NCBI GenBank assembly: GCA_039683575.1
Contig: JBDKRC010000002.1
Location: forward strand, 1 to 18,006
DNA from: Armatimonadia bacterium
GTDB lineage: Bacteria > Armatimonadota > Zipacnadia > Zipacnadales > UBA11051
Length of the DNA stretch: 18,006 bases
Direction: 5' to 3'
The notes beneath the pieces were generated by a model. The model did no database searches. It was not told the DNA's origin and worked only from the letters and a program-made list of their open reading frames with translations. Within the stretch, counting starts at the first letter, position 1. Every line of letters starts with the position of its first letter. Positions 1 to 6,537 of the stretch are shown piece by piece. Both the position numbers and the translations under genes were made by a program.

Positions 1-26
1 TCGTCGCTTCGCTCCTCAGGATGACA
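1..26. repeat. Right arm of a probable palindromic intergenic repeat (TCGTCGCTTCGCTCCTCAGGATGACA), truncated by the window edge
   Basis: From recall, resembles the right half of widespread GTCATCCTGAG...CTCAGGATGAC bacterial inverted-repeat elements. The left arm would lie outside the window. Confidence 0.55.
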
Positions 27-69
27 CGCTGGTTGATGGGGCGGCGGGGTCAGTGCCCCCTCCCACAGT

Positions 70-95
70 GGCGGCGGGCGAGCCGCCCGCCCTAC
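70..95 (-). repeat. GTAG-type REP-like palindrome, copy 1
   Basis: Minus strand reads GTAGGGCGGGCGGCTCGCCCGCC. Perfect 8-bp stem GGCGGGCG (73-80) / CGCCCGCC (84-91). The same core recurs at 3765-3790 and 17823-17885. Confidence 0.7.
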
Positions 96-170
96 TGGTT
101 TGGGTTAGCGCCAATAGGCGCTACCCCTGACCCTATCGGCAGCAACAGGCTCATTTTGCGGAGGTAGATC

Positions 171-1244
171 GTGGCTCTTACTTACGAACTTGATGATCTC
201 CTCAAACAGATGCCGGATCTGGGAGCGTCGGACTTGCACATCCGGGTCGGCGAGCCGCCCATGATGCGCATCCACGGCGACCTTCAGCGCCTGGACTACC
301 CGGTGTTCACACACGACGATGCCAAGGACCTGATGTACCCCCTGATGTCGCCCGCGCAGGTCGACCGCTTTGAGAACTTCAAAGAGCTCGACATGGCGCA
401 CGAGGTGGAGGGGGTGGCGCGTTTCCGCGTCAACTGCTTCCACCAACAGCGGCACCTGGGCGCGGTGATGCGAATGATCCCCATCCGCATCAAGTCCATC
501 GAAGAGCTGGGGCTGCCGCAGATTCTCAAAGAATTTGCTGATCTGCCGCGTGGACTGGTCCTGGTCACCGGTCCTACCGGTTCCGGTAAGTCCACCACGC
601 TGGCGGCGATGGTCAACCACATCAACGACAGCCGCAAAGCCCACATCATCACCATCGAGGACCCGATCGAGTTCGTACACGAGGACCGCAAGTGCATCGT
701 CGAGCAGCGCGAGGTGGGGCAGGATACGCATGAGTTCTCGGACGCGCTCAAGCACGTCATGCGGCAAACTCCGGACGTCATCCTCGTCGGCGAGATGCGC
801 GACCTCGAAACCATCGGTCTGGCCATCACCGCTGCAGAAACGGGTCACTTGGTGTTCGCGACCCTGCACACCACTGACGCGATGCAGACCGTGGACCGCA
901 TGGTTGACGTGTTCCCCCCCCAGCAGCAGCAGCAGATTCGGATGCAGCTCGCAGTAACCCTGGGCGGCGTCATCTGTCAGTCACTGCTGCCGCTTAAGGA
1001 AGGTCACGGGCGCGTGGCCAGCTTTGAGATCATGAAGGCGTCGCCAGCCATTCGCTCGGTCATCCGCGAGGGCAAGACCCACATGATCTATAACCTCATT
1101 CAGAGTGGCGCCGAAGAGGGTATGATCGTTCTGGACCAGTACCTGGCTGGTCTGGTCAAGAACAACATGGTCGAGTACGAGCATGCGCTGGCGAAGTCAT
1201 CGTATCCCCACGAATTCGCGCGCCGTTGCGGCATTGCCGAGTAG
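171..1244 (+). CDS. pilT: Type IV pilus retraction ATPase PilT (copy 1)
   Basis: ASDLHI N-terminal motif, RFRVN, Walker A GPTGSGKST, Asp box TIEDPIE, Walker B ILVGEMRD, His box TGHLVFATLHT and AIRSVIRE (AIRNLIRE-like) motif. GGAGGT RBS at 160-165 before the GTG start. Confidence 0.95.
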   Translation: MALTYELDDLLKQMPDLGASDLHIRVGEPPMMRIHGDLQRLDYPVFTHDDAKDLMYPLMSPAQVDRFENFKELDMAHEVEGVARFRVNCFHQQRHLGAVMRMIPIRIKSIEELGLPQILKEFADLPRGLVLVTGPTGSGKSTTLAAMVNHINDSRKAHIITIEDPIEFVHEDRKCIVEQREVGQDTHEFSDALKHVMRQTPDVILVGEMRDLETIGLAITAAETGHLVFATLHTTDAMQTVDRMVDVFPPQQQQQIRMQLAVTLGGVICQSLLPLKEGHGRVASFEIMKASPAIRSVIREGKTHMIYNLIQSGAEEGMIVLDQYLAGLVKNNMVEYEHALAKSSYPHEFARRCGIAE

Positions 1245-1283
1245 GATAGTTCGGAGCGGGCTTTATACAACGGAGGTCTGTTT

Positions 1284-2432
1284 ATGGCGGCCTATGATCT
1301 CGAAAAGCTGCTACGCTTCTCGGTAAAGCAACGAGCCTCAGACCTTATCATCAAGGCTGGACAGCCGCCGATCTTCCGGATTCATGGCGACTTGATCCGC
1401 ATGGGTGCTGAGCCGATCAGCCGCGAGGATGCTCGTGAGATCTCGATGAGCGTCCTCACGCCGGAGCAGGTCAAGCAGTTTGAGGATGCCCTGGAATTGG
1501 ACTATGCCCACGAGATTGCGGGCGTGGCGCGCTTCCGCGTGAACATCATGCAGCAGCGCAACCGCATCACCTCAGTCTACCGGACCATCCCGTTCCATAT
1601 CCAGACGATGGACCAGCTCGGCCTGCCCTCCATCTGCAAGCGCTTCTCGGACTACCCTCGCGGGCTCGTGCTCGTCACGGGGCCTACCGGCTCGGGCAAG
1701 TCCACCACTCTGGCGGCGATGATTGACTATATCAACCGCGAGAAACCGACCCATATTATGACCGTCGAGGACCCGCTCGAATTCCTGCACACCCCGCAGT
1801 TGGCCCTCGTGAACCAGCGCGAGGTCGGTTCCGATACGCTGAGTTTCCCGAACGCGCTAAAGTACGTACTCCGCCAGGACCCGGACGTGATCCTGATCGG
1901 TGAGATGCGCGACCTCGAGACCATTCATCTGGCCATCTCTGCCGCGGAAACTGGCCATCTTGTCTTCGGAACTTTGCATACCACTGACGCTGTTCAAACC
2001 ATTGACCGTGTTATCGACGTGTTCCCGCCCCACCAGCAGCAGCAAGTGCGCATGCAGCTATCGGTTAACATCGTTGGCGTGCTTTCCCAGGCGCTGATCA
2101 AGACTCGGGACAAGCAGGGGCGCGTGGCGGCCTTCGAGATCATGGAAGCCATCCCGGCCATCCGGAACCTGATTCGTGAGGGGAAGACCCACCAGATCGG
2201 TTCCTCGATCCAGACTGGGCAAAAGCGCGGCATGATGACGCTGGACCAGTCGCTGGTGGAGTTGGTGGCCCGGGGGATTGCAGACTATGAGTCTGCCCGC
2301 GACAAGGCGCACGACTACGATGCTTTCGACGAGATGCTGGAGCGACGGAAGGCTGATGGCACGGCGGTGGCGGAAGTGGCAGGCTACGAACAGGGCTATC
2401 AGCATATCGCCGACGTACAAGAAGAGCAGTAG
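1284..2432 (+). CDS. pilT: Type IV pilus retraction ATPase PilT/PilU family (copy 2)
   Basis: GPTGSGKST, TVEDPLE, QDPDVILIGEMRD, TGHLVFGTLHT and an exact AIRNLIRE motif. GGAGGT RBS at 1272-1277. Acidic C-terminal tail. Confidence 0.93.
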   Translation: MAAYDLEKLLRFSVKQRASDLIIKAGQPPIFRIHGDLIRMGAEPISREDAREISMSVLTPEQVKQFEDALELDYAHEIAGVARFRVNIMQQRNRITSVYRTIPFHIQTMDQLGLPSICKRFSDYPRGLVLVTGPTGSGKSTTLAAMIDYINREKPTHIMTVEDPLEFLHTPQLALVNQREVGSDTLSFPNALKYVLRQDPDVILIGEMRDLETIHLAISAAETGHLVFGTLHTTDAVQTIDRVIDVFPPHQQQQVRMQLSVNIVGVLSQALIKTRDKQGRVAAFEIMEAIPAIRNLIREGKTHQIGSSIQTGQKRGMMTLDQSLVELVARGIADYESARDKAHDYDAFDEMLERRKADGTAVAEVAGYEQGYQHIADVQEEQ

Positions 2433-2527
2433 GAGCTGGCGGACCGTCTGAGGCAGATCGTGTCCCGGTCTGGCCTGAGCTAGCTGCCTCACGGTCTTAG
2501 AGCTCACGCCGCAGTTCTCGCTGTGGC
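2433..2527. other. Intergenic stem-loop pair between pilT2 and the Cys-rich membrane gene
   Basis: GACCG(TC)TGAGGCAG pairs with CTGCCTCACGGTC and is closed by GAGCT/AGCTC. A second hairpin GCCGCAG (2508-2514) / CTGTGGC (2521-2527) lies just before the RBS. Confidence 0.5.
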
Positions 2528-2543
2528 ATATCACGGAGGAAAC

Positions 2544-3689
2544 ATGCCCCCCAAGCCACGAGTGGCCCGACAGATCAAGGCGGAGTTCGACGTATACGCT
2601 TTCCTGGCAAAGTGGTCGCGGACCGTCCTGCAATTTGCCATCATCGGTTTCGTTATCTCGCTGGGCTACATCCTGTACGCCATGTTCAGCGGGGTACTCA
2701 ACCAGGCGAGCAGTGCGTCCGCGGGTGACGTGGCACGGCTCGCGTCGAATATGCGGATTATGGGGCAGGTGCTGGCGCTCTGCAGCTTCGTCGGGGCACT
2801 CGCGTTCGTGATCCTTACGCTCAGTGAACTGGCCTTTGCAGTGGCCATAGGTGTCGTCGGCGTCGGACTCATGTTTGGGATGCCGATTCTGGTTGCGACC
2901 AACCTGGCCCAGGCCCCCCCCGCCGTGGTGGCGGTGATCAACGAATGGACTCGTAATGCCGGGATGGCGATCTTGTTGATCGTCGGCCTGCGTATTCTAT
3001 ACGAGATTGTGGAGACGCTTCGGACGGCGGGGGCCCGCCGCAGGGAGCGCGAAGAGCGCGAAGAGGAAACCGGCCTCAAGAAGACCAAGAAGTCGATCAA
3101 GCCCGCCATCTGGTCCCCCTGTTGGGGATTGCCGTACTGCCACGATGCCGTTAGAGAGCAGTGCCCCGCGTTCAAGGCCCGGCGGTCGTGCTGGCGCTAC
3201 GGATCCGGATGCAACTGCGACCCGAGCCTGATTGAGCGATTGATCCGTTCCGGCGCGCTGGATACGTCCAAGGGGGCTTCACGCGCCAGTTCACGCGAGA
3301 AGGCTGCCCAGGCTGCGTACGTGCGCTCGGACCTGCAGGCCGATGCCCCGCTGAAGACAGCGGAGCGCACCATTCCGTGCAGCAGATGCCCGATCTACCT
3401 CGACCACCAGCGGCAGAAGTTCAAGATCGTTAACCCCATCGCCATCATCGCGACCATGGTCGCCATGGCAGTGCTCTATGCGCCGCTGAAGTTCATCTAC
3501 TTCCAGGTCGTGCGCGGGATTGCCGGGCTGGCAAGCCAGTTCAGCTTCCACAATATCGACCCGGGGACATGGTTCAAGTACCTGGAGACGCCTGCCCTGC
3601 AGGTATTCTTCTTCATTATCGTCGGACTTCTCGGGCTGGCCTATGTGCTCAAGTTCGTTGAGTGGGCCATTTTCGAGAAGAAGCTGTAG
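2544..3689 (+). CDS. Integral membrane protein with Cys-rich (two-CW-like) soluble loop
   Basis: About 4-5 N-terminal and 2 C-terminal hydrophobic segments flank a charged linker and CWGLPYC..CPAF..CWRYGSGCNC..CSRCPIY. I prefer ATG 2544 over GTG 2523 because GGAGGA at 2535-2540 sits inside the longer ORF. Confidence 0.85.
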   Translation: MPPKPRVARQIKAEFDVYAFLAKWSRTVLQFAIIGFVISLGYILYAMFSGVLNQASSASAGDVARLASNMRIMGQVLALCSFVGALAFVILTLSELAFAVAIGVVGVGLMFGMPILVATNLAQAPPAVVAVINEWTRNAGMAILLIVGLRILYEIVETLRTAGARRREREEREEETGLKKTKKSIKPAIWSPCWGLPYCHDAVREQCPAFKARRSCWRYGSGCNCDPSLIERLIRSGALDTSKGASRASSREKAAQAAYVRSDLQADAPLKTAERTIPCSRCPIYLDHQRQKFKIVNPIAIIATMVAMAVLYAPLKFIYFQVVRGIAGLASQFSFHNIDPGTWFKYLETPALQVFFFIIVGLLGLAYVLKFVEWAIFEKKL

Positions 3690-3764
3690 GGCAGGGAATA
3701 GGGAACAGGTTTGCGAAACGACAACGTCAATGACGTTGCCGTTCCCGCCGTCATGCCGTCTGCC

Positions 3765-3790
3765 GTAGGTGCGCGGGCGTCTCGCCCGCC
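3765..3790 (+). repeat. GTAG-type REP-like palindrome, copy 2
   Basis: GTAGGTGCGCGGGCGTCTCGCCCGCC, with stem GCGGGCG/CGCCCGC, between convergent genes. Confidence 0.6.
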
Positions 3791-3843
3791 TCCGCGCCGT
3801 TGCCGTTTCCGAAACCTTGACCCTGAAACCCGCCCCCTGCCTC

Positions 3844-5049
3844 TCACGCCTTCAGGACGTGCAGGGGAGTGAGACGGGCCACCATTCGCCCCAGGGCGCA
3901 CTCAATGGCCTTGAGAACCGGTTGGCGGCCGCGGTACTTCTGCTGAACGTCGTGGAGGTCCTGCACCAGTTCAGTCGTGCGCTCTTCGATAGTGGACATC
4001 TCGAAGTAGCGTTGATCGCCCACCTCCAGCACGCGCAGCACGTCGCGCAGATGCGGGATGGCATATCCCGCGCCGTGTGGGATGATGTTGGCGCTTTGCA
4101 GCCTGTGCAGTACGCCCAGTTCCTCGGCGCGCTGCCTGAAGCCCAGTGCGTCAATCACCGGCTCAGACAAGTTCGGCATGCCCTCGAAGAGGTAGCCGGG
4201 CAGGTCGCTACGCACCATGATCGGCAGCAGGCGGCCGTCCGGGTCGAGGGTGTCCTGGCACCCGAGCAGGATTGCGTTGGGCCCCTGCAGGCCCTGGTGG
4301 GTCGTATTGGCGATAAGGTCGAACTCGCCGAAGCAGTGTTCGGCGGCGATTCTCCGGCGCTCTTTGGCAAAGATATCAGCACGCTGCCAAAACTCAACAA
4401 AGGCGGGCACGTGGTCGTCCAAGAGCACATGCAACTGCCCCCAGGGAGTGTCAAAGACGCGCGCCTGTTGGCGCAGTGTCTCTGAGTGGTCCCAGTAGGA
4501 TCCGGGGCCTAGAGCGCTCTCTGCGGTCAGTTCAGGGCAGGAGCCGTGCATGACGAAGGCGTAAGGTGGCAGGGAGACGTCGGGTACCGTCGCGTGCAGC
4601 TTGCAGATATCTATGAAATGGTTACCGCGGGCGAAGTCCCAGTGGATCTCGACCCCCGAAATCTGCAGGCGGCGCTCTTTGAGACGATTGAGCTTCTCGA
4701 TGACCGCAGAGACATCCGGCAGCTCATTCAGCCCTCCCACCAGCATTCCGCAGCCATTGGGTTTGACATCCAGGATCAGGAGCGGACGGTCACCGTCCCC
4801 CCAGAGAACCTTGCCACCGTACCCGAACCCCGCCTGCCACCTGGCGGTATTTCTTGTAATAGTCATGTCAGGACTTGCTATAAAAGTGGCGTCGGCTGGG
4901 TATCCTAGTTGCTGCAGGACGTGGTTCGTCTTCGCCAGACCATAGACCATGTTCGCGACGCACAGGCGGGCGGCGCTATCGTCCAGACCCGTGGAGAAGA
5001 TCAGGCTGCGGGCACGTTCGAGCGCTGAGTGAGGTGTATTGGAGGACAT
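3844..5049 (-). CDS. Divergent RtcB-superfamily protein (putative GTP-dependent nucleic-acid ligase or guanylyltransferase)
   Basis: Collinear RtcB motifs: SPD, AGFGYGG, PNGCGM (cf. DIGCG), GNHFID (cf. GNHFIE), MHGS (cf. HSGS), THQ (cf. HN), PHGAGY (cf. HGAGR) and C-terminal RLTPLHVLKA (cf. RLxPxxVxKG). Start placed at ATG 5049 because the 5166 start overlaps the divergent gene. Confidence 0.8.
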   Translation of the reverse strand: MSSNTPHSALERARSLIFSTGLDDSAARLCVANMVYGLAKTNHVLQQLGYPADATFIASPDMTITRNTARWQAGFGYGGKVLWGDGDRPLLILDVKPNGCGMLVGGLNELPDVSAVIEKLNRLKERRLQISGVEIHWDFARGNHFIDICKLHATVPDVSLPPYAFVMHGSCPELTAESALGPGSYWDHSETLRQQARVFDTPWGQLHVLLDDHVPAFVEFWQRADIFAKERRRIAAEHCFGEFDLIANTTHQGLQGPNAILLGCQDTLDPDGRLLPIMVRSDLPGYLFEGMPNLSEPVIDALGFRQRAEELGVLHRLQSANIIPHGAGYAIPHLRDVLRVLEVGDQRYFEMSTIEERTTELVQDLHDVQQKYRGRQPVLKAIECALGRMVARLTPLHVLKA

Positions 5050-5141
5050 ACCAGCCAGTTCGCGGTTCGATGCAAATCTCCTGCCGCCTGTAGTAGTGAA
5101 TCTGGGATTTGTGGAAGAGGTCTGGAAGGAGGGGATGGCTA

Positions 5142-5840
5142 ATGTACCATGCACCACGGCAGACACTGCCGGTGCAGATGCCGATCATGCCCCTGAACTC
5201 CGTACTGTTCCCGGGTATGCCCATGCCGCTGTTTCTCTTTGAACAGCGCTATCGCAATATGATAGAATGCTGTCTGGAGGAGGAATCGCGGACCTTTGGG
5301 GTGGCGCTGCTACGCGACGACCCCCTCGGGCTGGGGCAATCGACACCGTGCGAAATCGGCACGGTGGCGACCATTGTGCGGGCGCTGGAGCTGGATGAGG
5401 GCGGAGTGCATGTCATGGCGGTGGGGACGCGGCGGTTCAGGATGCTGACCCTGTTGCAGGACGAGCCCTACCTGACCGCAAGCGTGGAGCTTCTGGACGA
5501 TGAAGAGCAGGGCGCGGCGCCGTGCGAGTTGCTCGACGAGCTGCGGGAGATGTTCGAGGAGTACCTGCGGCTGCTGCTTCAGTTCATGGGCCAGACCGAC
5601 ATGGAGCTCAGTATTCCCGACAGCGCGCTGCGCCTCTCATACATGGTAGCGGCCCACCTCGGGTGCCCGTTGCAGGCGCGTCAGAGGCTTTTGGAGATGG
5701 ATAACCTCTCCGAGCGGCTGGTACACGAAAAGCAGTTGCTGGAGAGCGAAAGCGCCGAGTATCGGATGCTGCTCACGGCCCGCCGCAAGCATGATCGGAT
5801 GATTGAGCGAACCAGCAAAGAGTTGTTCTCAAATAACTAA
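5142..5840 (+). CDS. Standalone Lon protease N-terminal (substrate-binding) domain protein
   Basis: PIMPLNSVLFPGMPMPLFLFEQRYRNMI, IGTVATI, GTRRFR, PYLTASVE and RQRLLE..ERL are typical of the Lon N domain. No AAA+ or protease domain. AAGGAGG at 5126-5132 supports ATG 5142. Confidence 0.88.
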   Translation: MYHAPRQTLPVQMPIMPLNSVLFPGMPMPLFLFEQRYRNMIECCLEEESRTFGVALLRDDPLGLGQSTPCEIGTVATIVRALELDEGGVHVMAVGTRRFRMLTLLQDEPYLTASVELLDDEEQGAAPCELLDELREMFEEYLRLLLQFMGQTDMELSIPDSALRLSYMVAAHLGCPLQARQRLLEMDNLSERLVHEKQLLESESAEYRMLLTARRKHDRMIERTSKELFSNN

Positions 5841-5875
5841 AAGGTGGGGGTGGAAGGCCAAATGGGATCACTGGT

Positions 5876-5884
5876 TGTTATAGT
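5876..5884 (+). promoter_or_regulatory. Possible extended -10 promoter (TGtTATAGT)
   Basis: TG-n-TATAGT about 45 bp upstream of the TTG at 5928. No clear -35 element. Confidence 0.4.
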
Positions 5885-5927
5885 ATGTGGTCCATTTGCC
5901 GAAGTGGTATCTGGAGGTTGTTCCTAG

Positions 5928-6446
5928 TTGACCAGTGATTCCGGTGCATTCCAGGTTCTCAAAGAGAAGCTGGACAAAGTAATAATCTCATGTCAGCAGC
6001 CAGAGGAGCGCCGTATTGGCTTCGGCAACATTCGTCACGAGTACTGTGAGTGGTGCCGCGACGACCAGTCCGACACCAACATCGCGGTAATCTACGAAAC
6101 GCCCGGCGGCTCGACCACGCAGATCAATGTGACCTACAACCACAATACGGGCGAGTTCAGCTACCTCGACAACGATCTCGAAAGCACGATTACGACGCAG
6201 GACCCGCAGCAGGTGCTGGTGTACATCGAGGACCACATGCGCCTGATCCCGGGCAAGCGTCTGGTCCAGATCGAGAAGACCATCGACGGCTGGCTCTCTC
6301 AGGGCAAGGGGCGCAGCGAGATCTTCGCCGAGCTAAACAAGCTCCTGCAGACCGAGTTCCTCGGCGGGCGTGTCAATAACAACGAGCTCAAGCACGGCAT
6401 CCAGCACCTGGTGAAGGTAGCACGCGGCAACGGCAGCGCCGACTAG
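5928..6446 (+). CDS. Hypothetical protein (172 aa) with HxxCxxC motif
   Basis: GGAGGT RBS at 5913-5918, TTG start, strong third-position G/C codon bias, hydrophilic globular composition. No family recognised. Confidence 0.8.
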   Translation: MTSDSGAFQVLKEKLDKVIISCQQPEERRIGFGNIRHEYCEWCRDDQSDTNIAVIYETPGGSTTQINVTYNHNTGEFSYLDNDLESTITTQDPQQVLVYIEDHMRLIPGKRLVQIEKTIDGWLSQGKGRSEIFAELNKLLQTEFLGGRVNNNELKHGIQHLVKVARGNGSAD

Positions 6447-6467
6447 CTCGTCCCCCCAGAAACGCGT

Positions 6468-6497
6468 ATGGCGCGGCTCTCGTGGCCGCGCCATTTT
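6468..6497 (+). terminator. Probable intrinsic terminator between the orphan gene and convergent rmuC
   Basis: 10-bp stem ATGGCGCGGC (6468-6477) / GCCGCGCCAT (6485-6494), 7-nt loop, followed by a short T run. Confidence 0.6.
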
Positions 6498-6537
6498 GCT
6501 AGTGCCCTCAGGATCAACCCGCTTACCGGCTCCGCTG

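Noticed and set aside
105-869. 254-aa minus-strand ORF and similar ORFs opposite the pilT genes
   Set aside because: Antisense shadows of the PilT ATPases, expected in GC-rich DNA.
3769-4485. 238-aa plus-strand ORF
   Set aside because: Lies antisense to the RtcB-like gene, starts inside a REP, and has no motifs.
5050-5166. N-terminal extension of the RtcB-like ORF to 5166 (and of the Lon-N ORF to 5109)
   Set aside because: These would make the divergent genes overlap head-to-head. Downstream ATGs at 5049 and 5142 leave a plausible promoter gap, and 5142 has a strong RBS.
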